64,000 nt of DNA from Simkaniaceae bacterium (lineage in GTDB: Bacteria; Chlamydiota; Chlamydiia; Chlamydiales; Simkaniaceae): positions 1 through 64,000 of the forward strand of contig JBFWSA010000007.1 in assembly GCA_050248615.1 (NCBI GenBank), given 5' to 3'. Positions 28,376 to 38,397 of this stretch are shown here, one piece after another (the first letter of the stretch is position 1; each line of letters begins with the position of its first letter). Under the pieces are notes generated by a model. It ran no database searches. It was not told where the DNA came from and worked only from the letters and a program-made list of their open reading frames with translations. The position numbers were made by a program, and so were the translations under genes.

Positions 28376-29055
28376 TGAAAACTCTTTTGTGTTTTTTATT
28401 TTGTATAAAAGCCTTTGCAGATTTTACTTATACGATTGAGCCTCAAGGGTACTTTGAATATCGCCTCCACTGTAATGCTTTTGCGCATACCTCTATTGCA
28501 AGTGGTGTAGCCTATTTCGATCTTTTTAACCTCAAGAGTTGCTGTGCGGAAGAGGGGTGGGTTCCCCAAGTCATCTATAAACCTGCAGGAGTGGGAAAAA
28601 GCTATTCTTATACCGATGAAAGGGATCACTACATTGAAGGAAGTGCCTCGATTTTTTCATTAGGTACATTCCTCGATCGCATGAAAGAGTTTTTAGTCTA
28701 CAACCACACAAATCATGAGTATATCGGGGGATTTTCTGGAGTATGGGATACAGAAAACATCGCAGAGTTCATTTTCCATAACCACCTAAGCCAACCCATT
28801 GCTATTGCTATTATTAGCAAGGAAAGGCAAACGATTCCGATTTTAGATATTCACGATCGTGAAAAGCTGTTGGCTCACTTGATCAAACACCATAACCGTT
28901 TTAAAGATGGTTCTGTCGAGTACTTTTGGGAAGTGAAAATGGAGAGATTAGACATGTTCCCTTCAGAACTTCTCCATATCTTTACCGCTTTTGTGGCCGA
29001 TACCTACTTTGCCCCCTTTCCTACACTTTATACAGGACCTTATTTGGGGCTATGA
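28375..29055 (+). CDS. Exported protein, tandem paralog of 27722-28375
   Basis: TAATG coupling; shared YTxxxEP start and WxVxx…PxxLLxxFxAxxxDTY end. Confidence 0.65.
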   Translation: MKTLLCFLFCIKAFADFTYTIEPQGYFEYRLHCNAFAHTSIASGVAYFDLFNLKSCCAEEGWVPQVIYKPAGVGKSYSYTDERDHYIEGSASIFSLGTFLDRMKEFLVYNHTNHEYIGGFSGVWDTENIAEFIFHNHLSQPIAIAIISKERQTIPILDIHDREKLLAHLIKHHNRFKDGSVEYFWEVKMERLDMFPSELLHIFTAFVADTYFAPFPTLYTGPYLGL

Positions 29056-30629
29056 ACCCTAGTTCCCCCTAGCATTCTCATGAGTTCTTCATCTGTTTCA
29101 TTTTTTTCAAGATAACACATCGTTGTTACAGTGCGTCCCTCTTTTTCCGTTTTGGAGATCTGCATATGGTGATCTGCAAAGCGGGCGACTTGAGGAAAAT
29201 GGGAAATAGCAAGCACTTGGCAATGCTTACCTAGAGCCTTAAGCTTTTGTCCTACTAAGGTTGCTGTTTCTCCTCCCACATTGGAATCAATCTCATCGAA
29301 GATGAGGGTGGGTAGAGCGTTTTTTTCGGAGAGTAAAAGAGTGACCGCAAAGAGAAATCTCGAGAGTTCTCCTCCACTTGTTTTAGACTCAAGAGAGGCG
29401 GGGACTTCTCCTTTATTGGCGGCTAAGAATAGGGTGACTTGGTCTCCTCCTGTAGGGCCAATCGCTTTGGGTTCAATAGAGATAACAACCTTTGCATGGG
29501 GCATGTTTAATGCTTGAAGTTCCCGAGTCAGAGCACTGCAAAGGATGTCTGCACTTGCCTTCCTTTTCTCCGTAATGGTCGCGGCACGCGCGTTATTGTG
29601 TTGTTGCTTTTCTTTAAGCTTTTTTTTCAAAGAGCTGATATGGAGATCTAGGTTCTCTAAAGTGTCGATTTCCCTTTGTAAACTCTCTACATGAGTCAAA
29701 ATTTCGCTCACTTCAATCCGGTATTTCTTTTTAAGAGAGTTGAGGGTGGAAAGTCTTTCTTCGACCTCTTCAAAGCGCTCCGCTTGGCTTTCGCTATTTT
29801 CAAGCTTTTGAGAGGTTAAGTAAGAGGCTTCTTGAAGATGGGCAATGGCACTCCCCAGGTGCTCAGAGATTTCTCCTTCAGAAAGCTTTTGACATTGAAG
29901 GAGAGTAGAAAGAAGGGAGGGGTGATCTAATCCTTCTTGAACGCGACTAAGCTTTTCTAAAGAATCGGAATGCTGGGCGAGTGTTTTGTATGTGTCAAAC
30001 AGAGTTTCCTCTTCTCCCTCTTGATACTGAAATCGATTCCACTCTTCCCACTCAAAACGTAACTTTTCTAATGTAATTTCGGGAGTTTTGCGCTCTAAAT
30101 GGGCAAGCTCATCCTCCAGTTTTTTTTCCTCTTCATAGGAGAGAGAAAAGGCAAGAACCTCCTGATCGAGGTCTCCAAAAGTATCGATCAGGGCCCGCTG
30201 CTCTTCTCGATGACGCAAGTGTTGCGCACTGTTTTGTCCGATAAGAGAGAGGAGTAGAGGACCGATTTTAGAGAGAAGAGCTAGAGAAGCTAGTTGAGAG
30301 TTGATAAAAATACGATTTTTTGAAGCGCGCGTCAATTCTCGTTTGATGTGGAGATACTCCTGAGGATCCTGTTCAATCCCTGCTTCTTGTAAGAAGATTT
30401 GCACAGCGGGGAGTTTTCCGATGTCAAAAAGGGCTTCGATTGTCGCTTTATCCTCGCCATGACGAATCAGATCTACGCTGACTTTTTGTCCTGTTAGGAG
30501 GTGCATGGCTTGGACTAAGAGGGTTTTTCCCGCACCTGTTTCTCCAGTGAGAACATGAAACCCTTCATGAAAGGGGAGAGTGATTTGATCGATGAGAACA
30601 AAGTTTCTTAATGTAAGAGACACCAACAT
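29040..30629 (-). CDS. recN: DNA repair protein RecN
   Basis: LTGETGAGKT, SGGELSR, LIFDEIDSNVGG, ISHFPQVA. Confidence 0.96.
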   Translation of the reverse strand: MLVSLTLRNFVLIDQITLPFHEGFHVLTGETGAGKTLLVQAMHLLTGQKVSVDLIRHGEDKATIEALFDIGKLPAVQIFLQEAGIEQDPQEYLHIKRELTRASKNRIFINSQLASLALLSKIGPLLLSLIGQNSAQHLRHREEQRALIDTFGDLDQEVLAFSLSYEEEKKLEDELAHLERKTPEITLEKLRFEWEEWNRFQYQEGEEETLFDTYKTLAQHSDSLEKLSRVQEGLDHPSLLSTLLQCQKLSEGEISEHLGSAIAHLQEASYLTSQKLENSESQAERFEEVEERLSTLNSLKKKYRIEVSEILTHVESLQREIDTLENLDLHISSLKKKLKEKQQHNNARAATITEKRKASADILCSALTRELQALNMPHAKVVISIEPKAIGPTGGDQVTLFLAANKGEVPASLESKTSGGELSRFLFAVTLLLSEKNALPTLIFDEIDSNVGGETATLVGQKLKALGKHCQVLAISHFPQVARFADHHMQISKTEKEGRTVTTMCYLEKNETDEELMRMLGGTRVHSPK

Positions 30630-30637
30630 AGGTTTAT

Positions 30638-31531
30638 TTAGTTTAAGATTTGATCAATTGTTTTGAAATGCAGTTTAGCAACACTATTTAGAGCCTCTTT
30701 TCCATGGGCTGAGACAAATTTTTTTCCGGCTTGGATGACTTGAGCTGAAGCTCCTTTTGGAAGGGAAATCTTATAGTCTTCGCTGAGTTTATCTAGCCCT
30801 TGAACAAAGGCAGCGCGGGCTAATATAGAGGCTCCGGCAACCACGATATCTTCTTCCCCGCGATGACGTTGAGAGAGATTTACCGTGAGGCTTTTTCGCT
30901 TAAGAGCTGAGATAACAACGCTTTCGTTTGCAAACTGGTCAATAAGGATATCTGTGCACTGGGTTTTAGCGACCACCTCTTCAATTGCTGTTGCATGTCC
31001 CCATCCTAAAAGGGTGTTGAGGTTTTGAAAGCCTTGATAGAGCTCGTTGTAACGTTTAGGAAAGATTTGGACAACGGAATAAGAAAAGGACTTTTTGATT
31101 TTTGCTGCCATTTTAACGATCGTGCTATCGGTTAAACGTTTGCTATCACGAATGCCTATTTTAATCAGCTCAGAAATCTGCTCAGAGTCGGCATAAAGGG
31201 CTGCAATACATAAGGGACCAAAAACATCTCCTTTACCCGCTTCATCGACTCCGATATGGGGGGATGTATTTACCTCTGTTTCGGGATAAGAATAGGAGAG
31301 TTTTCCCAAGATTTCTGGCTCTAAATAGTAAGTGATGAACTCATCTTTTTCTTTTCCTTGTACCATCAATTTTCCCGATTCGTAAAGGGTGCAAGAGATC
31401 CCCTTTTTCTTTGCTTGAAAAACCGTATAGGCTGGCTGAGATAGCTCAAACCCTTGCTCTGCTAAGTCTGTTTTAAGCTTGGATGCAAAAGAGAGATCAA
31501 TTTTTGCGATAAAATTAGCTGCTTGGTTCAT
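30638..31531 (-). CDS. rnhC: Ribonuclease HIII
   Basis: N-terminal TBP-like YESGKLMVQG; IGVDEAGKGD, GIRDSKRL, AKLHFK. Confidence 0.95.
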   Translation of the reverse strand: MNQAANFIAKIDLSFASKLKTDLAEQGFELSQPAYTVFQAKKKGISCTLYESGKLMVQGKEKDEFITYYLEPEILGKLSYSYPETEVNTSPHIGVDEAGKGDVFGPLCIAALYADSEQISELIKIGIRDSKRLTDSTIVKMAAKIKKSFSYSVVQIFPKRYNELYQGFQNLNTLLGWGHATAIEEVVAKTQCTDILIDQFANESVVISALKRKSLTVNLSQRHRGEEDIVVAGASILARAAFVQGLDKLSEDYKISLPKGASAQVIQAGKKFVSAHGKEALNSVAKLHFKTIDQILN

Positions 31532-31600
31532 GTCTTATATTCTAACGAGAGTTCGAAGGAATCTCCAGTACAATTTTACTCAAGAATAGTAGCACCAAGG

Positions 31601-32662
31601 TTAAAAGTCGAAGCGTAGGGAAACGGTTAGGCCGTGTATGTAGAGATTTCCATTTGGAGAAAAACTTTTACCGATATTGAGATCGCTCAGGTAATTGCGG
31701 AACATGTTTTGATCGAAAAATACCTGAAATCCATAATCTGCGGAAAGATCTACATGGGAGGCGTTGTTAGCAAAATAACATCCCCACCCAAAGCCCAATA
31801 GTAACTCAAGATGAGCCCTTAAATAGTCTGCATTTTTTTGATTCACTACATACCGATTTGGAGTATTCACCTCCGATTTTTGGGAACTTGTCAAATGGGT
31901 GTATTGCGTATAGAGAATATCGAATTCTCCATTGCCATATAGACGAAAGCCATGGCTGATCATCCAATTTGAGCCCAGACCTACTCGGGTCCCTAAGCCC
32001 CAACAGCTAGAATTTTGATCGATATGCGTGTTTGGCCAAATGGCTAAAAATGCAGGAGAGGTATTCCGATAGTCAACATGGATATCTTGACGAATCCAAG
32101 CTGCACGTGCTCCTAAAAAGGGGCGAAAAGTCAATTGTGTTCCAACAGAATAAGACCTTCCTAAATCTAAATCCAAGAGATCGAGATGTACCTTCCAATT
32201 TTCCTTCCCATAGACATATTGAGGTGTCACAAAACCGGGAACACTTTGCCAGGCAGGCCATAAAGTGACATTGGTATTATTAGGGTTAAGAGATTTTGTC
32301 GTTTGGTGCGATCCTCGAAGCCACGTATATTGAAGATAAAGATCCCAGTTATCATAGTCAAAAAGCACTCCAAAACCGAGTTTAAACCCAGGTTTGTACC
32401 CAAAATCTAAATCGACATAATCCCCATTTACAAGGTCAAGACTCTCTGTATTATCAGAGACGATTCCCAGCTCCATATTCTCCTGCATGGGCTGCCAATA
32501 AATAAAGCTTCCTGTGGTGTAAAAAGTAGGCAATCCTATTTGATCAAACCGGGAAGGGGCATTGTATCCTGGCGCCAGTGTTGGTTCAGTTTCTGCTCTA
32601 ACAAATGCGGTTGCAAAGAGGGCGATGAGGCAGTAAAATTTTTTGTAGTTTAAGAATTTCAT
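31601..32662 (-). CDS. Chlamydial/Legionella MOMP-like (Lpg1974-type) outer membrane porin
   Basis: Signal peptide; YNAP, FIYWQP, YKPGFKLG, DNWDL; ends GLTVSLRFDF. Confidence 0.8.
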   Translation of the reverse strand: MKFLNYKKFYCLIALFATAFVRAETEPTLAPGYNAPSRFDQIGLPTFYTTGSFIYWQPMQENMELGIVSDNTESLDLVNGDYVDLDFGYKPGFKLGFGVLFDYDNWDLYLQYTWLRGSHQTTKSLNPNNTNVTLWPAWQSVPGFVTPQYVYGKENWKVHLDLLDLDLGRSYSVGTQLTFRPFLGARAAWIRQDIHVDYRNTSPAFLAIWPNTHIDQNSSCWGLGTRVGLGSNWMISHGFRLYGNGEFDILYTQYTHLTSSQKSEVNTPNRYVVNQKNADYLRAHLELLLGFGWGCYFANNASHVDLSADYGFQVFFDQNMFRNYLSDLNIGKSFSPNGNLYIHGLTVSLRFDF

Positions 32663-32694
32663 CTTTCAATCTCCAATGGGTGAAGGCATTACGG

Positions 32695-34626
32695 TTAAGG
32701 TCCCCCTAAGCTCAAGGTTGTAGTCAGGCCGGTGGTTGTAATGACTGCAGGATAGGGAAGGATCGGGTGGGTGATTTTCGCTGTGGGAGAGACCTGAGTA
32801 ATAAAGGATAAGCCCGGTGTATTATAAGGGGGGAGTGTGTATTTTACCCTGAGAAAAAAGGTATTTCCCGGAGTGGTAGCAGGAATCGCACCCCAAGGAC
32901 CTGTGGCAGAAGTTCCATATTCTACTGTTGTATTGGGATTGAATTGGACAGTAATGGAGTAAGTATTGGGGTCTGAATAAGGGTCGGGGAGAGTCACTCC
33001 TGCAAGGCTATTTAGAGTCAGGAGAATGGTTGCATCGGGATTTTTATCATTCAGTCCTACAATCACGATCGTGCCATCTGTGCCTAATTCGTCTGAGTAA
33101 GCTGATGTATAAAAAAGGTTAGGGGATCCCAAGGTTAAAAGGGTGCGCGAATAAAAATCAAACCAGGGATTATTAGACTCACATGTACATCCAGCTAATA
33201 AACTCTCCAAGAGGGCGTTATTTTGAAAGTAATCCGCTGAATGAGCCTCTAGATAGTCTTGAGTGACTGTTACAGGGGGAGTTGTGGCTAAGCTATTAAA
33301 AGGGAAAAAGGCTCCAATAATCATGGTAGCAAATACTTTGAAAACTTGAGCCTGAGTATCCACTGATGCAGATCCGGAAATGGGAGGATCATAATCACTT
33401 ACAGCTCCAGTAAAAAAAGCCATGGAGTTTTTAGGATAAGGGATGACCATTATCTTCCCTTTATCAGTTCCTCCATGAATGGTAAAACTGAAAGCCCCGT
33501 TATTTTGCATAACCCCAGTGGCTGTAGCCGCTTCTTTGACTGTGGCATCGAGGATTAAGGTATGAGGGGGCGTTGTCTTTTGCTGATAGTAGGCAGTTTG
33601 TCCCGAATGGGTTAGCCCACCCCATACGGCGTTAAACCACGTACAGGCTGGATCACTCAAAATAGAACTTAAAAAATAGGTTGTCGGGAAATCCACCAAA
33701 CTGGGGTTAGTCTGCGTTTGTAGAGGGGGAGTCATGGCTGTTTTCGGTGAGAAAATGCGGATGTCACTCGTCCCCCCTCCGGGATTATTATAAGTCGCTA
33801 TTAAGGCTCTCCAATGGTCATTAAAAGGGCTCTGAAGTGAATCTAAGGCAGCACGATATCCTGTAAAGACATCTGAAAAACTCACTGTAGATGGCCATCC
33901 CGTAAAAGCACAATTGGGGGTTAAATTCCCCCCAAAAAAGAAGAGATAGTTGGCTTGCACAGAAAGGGGGAGTCCAAAGAAATCGACACCCGTTAAATTC
34001 ATGTTTAGTCGATTGAGATTATTACTCCCCAGATCAAATTCTACTTTATCATTCAAAATAAAGTAGTTGTCGTTAAAAGCCTCATTTTCAGCAGGAACGC
34101 CAAGAATCCCGTTATGATCGATAAAATAGGTCAGGGGCTCACCTACAGAGATAATAATTTGGGAAGAAGGTAGTGGGTTACTCGAGGGGGTTCCACTTTT
34201 CCCGGTATTAGGGATGTAGAATGTGTATTGGTTAGTCCCCGTGTTTTCAAAACCATCTAAGGGGGTGGAATAAAGAGTTGAGGATAAATAAGTGGATGCT
34301 GCAAATGAGGTAATCGCTCCCAATTTATGCCCTCCGACAGTACTGAACGATAAGTATTTCTTCTTGGAATCGATAAGGACGGCAACATAGATATCACTAT
34401 TAGATAAAGTGCTGTTATTGAGAATGGTGATCGGTAGATAGTTTGGATAGGAAGTGACTCCAGAAAGAGGGCAAGTATTGGGAGGAGGGGGTACTGGTCC
34501 TGGAATCGGGGGGAGGACAAAGGGATCTGGAGGAGGGGGACAAGCAGCTACGATCTGGAGAGAAGCATTCCCTACTTGTAAGGAAAAAAACACTAGGGCG
34601 GAAAGTGAGATGAAAAACCTACGCAT
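32695..34626 (-). CDS. Secreted beta-1,3-glucanase-like protein (GH64-like) with Pro-rich N-terminus
   Basis: LPITILNNS…IYV, DKVEF, NLTGVDFFGLPLSV and YTSAYSD resemble GH64 blocks. Confidence 0.55.
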   Translation of the reverse strand: MRRFFISLSALVFFSLQVGNASLQIVAACPPPPDPFVLPPIPGPVPPPPNTCPLSGVTSYPNYLPITILNNSTLSNSDIYVAVLIDSKKKYLSFSTVGGHKLGAITSFAASTYLSSTLYSTPLDGFENTGTNQYTFYIPNTGKSGTPSSNPLPSSQIIISVGEPLTYFIDHNGILGVPAENEAFNDNYFILNDKVEFDLGSNNLNRLNMNLTGVDFFGLPLSVQANYLFFFGGNLTPNCAFTGWPSTVSFSDVFTGYRAALDSLQSPFNDHWRALIATYNNPGGGTSDIRIFSPKTAMTPPLQTQTNPSLVDFPTTYFLSSILSDPACTWFNAVWGGLTHSGQTAYYQQKTTPPHTLILDATVKEAATATGVMQNNGAFSFTIHGGTDKGKIMVIPYPKNSMAFFTGAVSDYDPPISGSASVDTQAQVFKVFATMIIGAFFPFNSLATTPPVTVTQDYLEAHSADYFQNNALLESLLAGCTCESNNPWFDFYSRTLLTLGSPNLFYTSAYSDELGTDGTIVIVGLNDKNPDATILLTLNSLAGVTLPDPYSDPNTYSITVQFNPNTTVEYGTSATGPWGAIPATTPGNTFFLRVKYTLPPYNTPGLSFITQVSPTAKITHPILPYPAVITTTGLTTTLSLGGP

Positions 34627-34730
34627 CGGGGCCTCCTTTCAAGCAAAACCTTAAAGGTTTTTTGAATCACTCTATCCAAATCCCTGAATTTCTTGTAACA
34701 TTTATTTTTCATGTCTATATTTGTACAGAC

Positions 34731-34759
34731 AAAAAAAAGCGCATCTCTCGATGCGCTTT
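34731..34759 (-). terminator. Intrinsic terminator
   Basis: GCGCATC-gaga-GATGCGC followed by T8 on the minus strand. Confidence 0.75.
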
Positions 34760-34844
34760 GATGTATGAAAGTGAAAAATTTGAAGTTAGCTATAAAACGT
34801 TCCCAACCCTTCAAGAGCAAGTTTAGCATTTTGCTCCATGAAGC

Positions 34845-34995
34845 TATCCTAATAAATCAATTCTGAGGATTTTTATGTGTTTTCTTGGAGATTTAGGAAC
34901 TGCATTTGAGGGCATTATCGGATGATAAGACCGAAAAATGAAGATTCTAAAGATCCTGAAAACACAAAAAAGATTAGAAATGATTTATTAGGATA
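34845..34995. mobile_element. MITE family F (147 bp plus TA flanks)
   Basis: TIR TCCTAATAAATCA(A/T)TTCT; C-TA…TA-G flanks; imperfect full-length fold-back. Confidence 0.8.
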
Positions 34996-35484
34996 GGTTC
35001 ATTAGGTCATAATAGTCAGATTCATCTTCTAAAAGAAATGTTAGATCCTCTGAGACAGCTTGTGTGTTACCAGCCATACAGTCAGCTACTAAATCTCCCC
35101 CACAAGCATTGTTTAAATTCATTGCAAAGGGGCCTACGATCATTTCTAGCACCATTTGCTGTTGTTTAGACCCATGATAAGTATTGTTAAGCACATCATT
35201 CCAAGTTGTTTCAAAGGCTTGGACTTCTTTCATGAATTGATTCACAAAGTCTGGATCATTTGCAAGATTTGGATTGTTTTCAAGTTCATGAAGAGAAAGA
35301 TCGATAGCGGCGATTTCTAAAAAAGCATTTCCGCTGCTTGAGTGGAGTTTTGGGGGTGAGCAGAGACGCTAGAAGAGCTTGTGACATTTTCTTCTTGGCT
35401 TGCTACTACCTGCTTTAAAGAAGTTTGGTTTAAGTTTAAACTTTGAAACGCCTGACTTTGACTCATATTTTGAATGGTGCTCAT
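34988..35484 (-). pseudogene. Disrupted hypothetical gene (MSTIQNMSQS…), frameshifted and truncated by a MITE
   Basis: The 35317-35535 and 34988-35245 ORFs join by adding one base in the T6 run near 35320; the present stop is supplied by the family F TIR. Confidence 0.65.
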
Positions 35485-35910
35485 AGTATCCTCTCTTTTT
35501 TTGTTTTTTATATGCACATAGCCACATATTCCCAATAACTGGGAGATAGCTTTAACCCTGGGGTTAAGCCCTTAATGCTTCTACTAGATAATTTCATAAC
35601 GGGGGACTTACGCTGAGACTTATTAGATTAATGAATCAGGAAATTTCTATCCCTTTTTATTTTTATCTTAATTTTATTTAAATTTTATTTTAAATTATTA
35701 ATAATTAATTACTTACGATATTAAATTTATTTTAAATGGAATTTGCTCATGATTTATTCCCCTAGACTTTCCTGTTTCGAATGCTTTAAAGATCTCGGAT
35801 TTTGTCGTGATCAGACAATAGATTCTGAATGCCCACCGTTTCAAAACCACTTGCTGATTATAGATTAATGCGTTAGGCTGGGGAAAATAGGTTTTTAGCA
35901 AAAGCGAATT

Positions 35911-36318
35911 ATGAACGAAGAAATAAAAAAGATTGGTGATTTGTTTAAATCGAAGCGGAAGGAGCTTAATCTTTCGTTGAAAGAAGTGGAGAATGCCACC
36001 TCGATTCGAACCAATCATCTAGAAGCTATTGAGGAGGGAAAAGAGGATCAATTCCTTTCTCCAGTCTATCTCTTGGGATTCATGCGTCAATATGCAAATT
36101 TCTTAGGGATGGATGGCGACAAGATCATTAATGATCACCCCAATGCTTTCAATAAAGAAACAAAAAAGCATGAGTTTTCCTATGGCATTGGCACCTTGGA
36201 AGTCCGTGGAAGCATGGGCGGAGGCGTTAAATGGCTCCCCAATTTGATTTGGGCAGCAGTCTCTGTCGTGGTGATTGTTTTAGCTTATTATTTAGCTAAA
36301 TATCTTGGAGTGATCTAA
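35911..36318 (+). CDS. rodZ: RodZ-like helix-turn-helix membrane protein
   Basis: GDLFKSKRKELNLSLKEV…HLEAIEEG…GFMRQYANFLG plus one C-terminal TM helix. Confidence 0.8.
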   Translation: MNEEIKKIGDLFKSKRKELNLSLKEVENATSIRTNHLEAIEEGKEDQFLSPVYLLGFMRQYANFLGMDGDKIINDHPNAFNKETKKHEFSYGIGTLEVRGSMGGGVKWLPNLIWAAVSVVVIVLAYYLAKYLGVI

Positions 36319-36342
36319 CCTTTTAATAGCGGGGTAGTCTCT

Positions 36343-38385
36343 ATGCCGGCCAAGCCTTTTGAAAATCGCTTGATCAATGAAAAATCTCCCTATCTCCTCC
36401 AGCATGCCCATAACCCTGTCGATTGGTATCCTTGGGGGGAAGAGGCTTTTAATCTTGCTAAATCCCAGAACAAGCCTATTTTTTTATCCATCGGATATGC
36501 CACGTGTCATTGGTGTCATGTGATGAGCCATGAGTCTTTTGATGATCCCGAAGTGGCTGCCATGCTTAATGACATTTTCGTCTGTATCAAAGTGGACCGT
36601 GAAGAGCTTCCAGAAATTGATAGCCTCTATATGGAATTTGCTCAAGCCCTTATGGCTTCAGGATCGGGGTGGCCGCTTAACGTTATCCTCACCCCCGATT
36701 TAAAACCATTCTACGCCATTACTTATATGCCTCCAGATACCAGACAAGGGATGATGGGACTTAAGCAGCTGGCTTCCCATATTAGACAGCTTTGGGAAAG
36801 TGAGGAAAGGGAGCTTCTCTTTGATCAGGCAGAAAAGCTTGTGGATCTCTTTGAACGTTCAGCCCTCACTCGGGGAAATGAAATTCCTTCAGAGGTTTTG
36901 GTCGATGAGGCTCTGGAAATGCTTTTTGAGACGGCTGACCCACTCTATGGAGGGATGAAAGGAGCTCCCAAATTTCCTTTGAGCTATCAGTGTCACTTCT
37001 TTTTTGATTATGCTAAGACCTTTAACGATTCGCGCCCTCTCTTTTTTGTAGAAAACACTCTAGATAGGATGTATCGGGGAGGGATCAACGATCATTTGGG
37101 GGGAGGTTTTTCTCGTTATAGTGTGGATGAAAAATGGGTGGTTCCTCACTTTGAAAAAATGCTCTATGATAATGCCCTTTTAGGAGGAGCTTATCTTGAA
37201 GCGTGGAAGTTTACTAAAAAGGAAAAGTACAAAAAAATCACCGAGAACATTCTCGATTATATCCTCCGTGATATGAAACAACCGGGGGGGGGCTTTTATT
37301 CAGCAGAGGATGCCGATGCTGAGGGTATTGAAGGGGCTTTTTATCTATGGACAAAAGAAGAAGTGCAGGCGGTTTTACCCTCAGAAGATTGCGCGCTGTT
37401 TTGTGAGTTTTATGATGTTACCCATGAGGGTAACTTCGAAGGGAAGAACATCTTACATCGGACACATAGCCTTGAGGAATTTGCTCAATATAAAGATTTC
37501 GAGCTTCATGAAACAGAAAAGCGCTTAAATCACTGTTTAAACCTCTTATTTGAGGAAAGATCCCAAAGAAAACGCCCTTTTAAAGATGATAAAATCCTCG
37601 TCTCTTGGAATGCTCTGATGATCGATACCTGTATCAAAGCTGGCCTTGCTCTTCAAAATGAGCAGTATCTTCGTGCTGGTCTTGAAGCTGCAGAGTTTAT
37701 CTATCAACATCTTTGGAAAGAGGGGAAGCTCTTGCGTCGCTTTCGCGAGGGGCATGCAGGATTTGAAGGAAGCCTAGATGATTATGCTTCTCTCATTCGC
37801 TCTCTCATTACCTTATATGAAGCCGGGATGGGGGAAAAGTGGCTCGATTGGGCGATTCAAATGACCTCCCTTTTAGAAGAGCAATTCAAGGCTGAAGAGG
37901 GAGCTTTTTACTTAACAGGCCCTATGCATTCGATTTTGCTGCGCCGCTGTGAGCTTTATGATAGTGCCCAACCCTCAGGGAATAGCCTGCATACAGAGAA
38001 CCTTTTACGCCTTTATCAAATCACCCATAATCGTGAGTATTGGATTCAGGCAGAAGATATCCTAAAAGTTGCAAAAAATTATATCGAGGCCTACCCCCAA
38101 GGCGCTCTCTATCATTTACTCACGTTAATGCGTTATCTTGACAAAGAGGCTCCCACTTTTATCATTGCTCTGGATACAAAGGGGTCCTTAAAAGAGGATT
38201 TAGCCCGGATGATTCACTCTCAATACTGTCCCCATGCGGCAGTTATTTGGGCAGAAGGTTCTGAGTATGTTCCAGTCAATGAGAAAACAACTCTTTATAT
38301 TTGCAAACAAGGGAAATGCCTACCTCCCCTTACCGAGTGGAGTGAGATAGAAAAAGCGTTCCTAGACGAAAAATGGAAAACTTGA
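36343..38385 (+). CDS. Thioredoxin-domain protein (YyaL/SPATA20, DUF255)
   Basis: [39 protein letters not shown]. Confidence 0.95.
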   Translation: MPAKPFENRLINEKSPYLLQHAHNPVDWYPWGEEAFNLAKSQNKPIFLSIGYATCHWCHVMSHESFDDPEVAAMLNDIFVCIKVDREELPEIDSLYMEFAQALMASGSGWPLNVILTPDLKPFYAITYMPPDTRQGMMGLKQLASHIRQLWESEERELLFDQAEKLVDLFERSALTRGNEIPSEVLVDEALEMLFETADPLYGGMKGAPKFPLSYQCHFFFDYAKTFNDSRPLFFVENTLDRMYRGGINDHLGGGFSRYSVDEKWVVPHFEKMLYDNALLGGAYLEAWKFTKKEKYKKITENILDYILRDMKQPGGGFYSAEDADAEGIEGAFYLWTKEEVQAVLPSEDCALFCEFYDVTHEGNFEGKNILHRTHSLEEFAQYKDFELHETEKRLNHCLNLLFEERSQRKRPFKDDKILVSWNALMIDTCIKAGLALQNEQYLRAGLEAAEFIYQHLWKEGKLLRRFREGHAGFEGSLDDYASLIRSLITLYEAGMGEKWLDWAIQMTSLLEEQFKAEEGAFYLTGPMHSILLRRCELYDSAQPSGNSLHTENLLRLYQITHNREYWIQAEDILKVAKNYIEAYPQGALYHLLTLMRYLDKEAPTFIIALDTKGSLKEDLARMIHSQYCPHAAVIWAEGSEYVPVNEKTTLYICKQGKCLPPLTEWSEIEKAFLDEKWKT

Positions 38386-38397
38386 GAAGATAGGGAA

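Noticed and set aside
34593..34829. 78-aa ORF as the true tail of the disrupted gene
   Set aside because: It runs through an intrinsic terminator and into the start of the GH64-like gene
35601..35640. GGGG…CTGAGA as a TPP riboswitch
   Set aside because: The downstream ACCC/GAACCTGA core is missing
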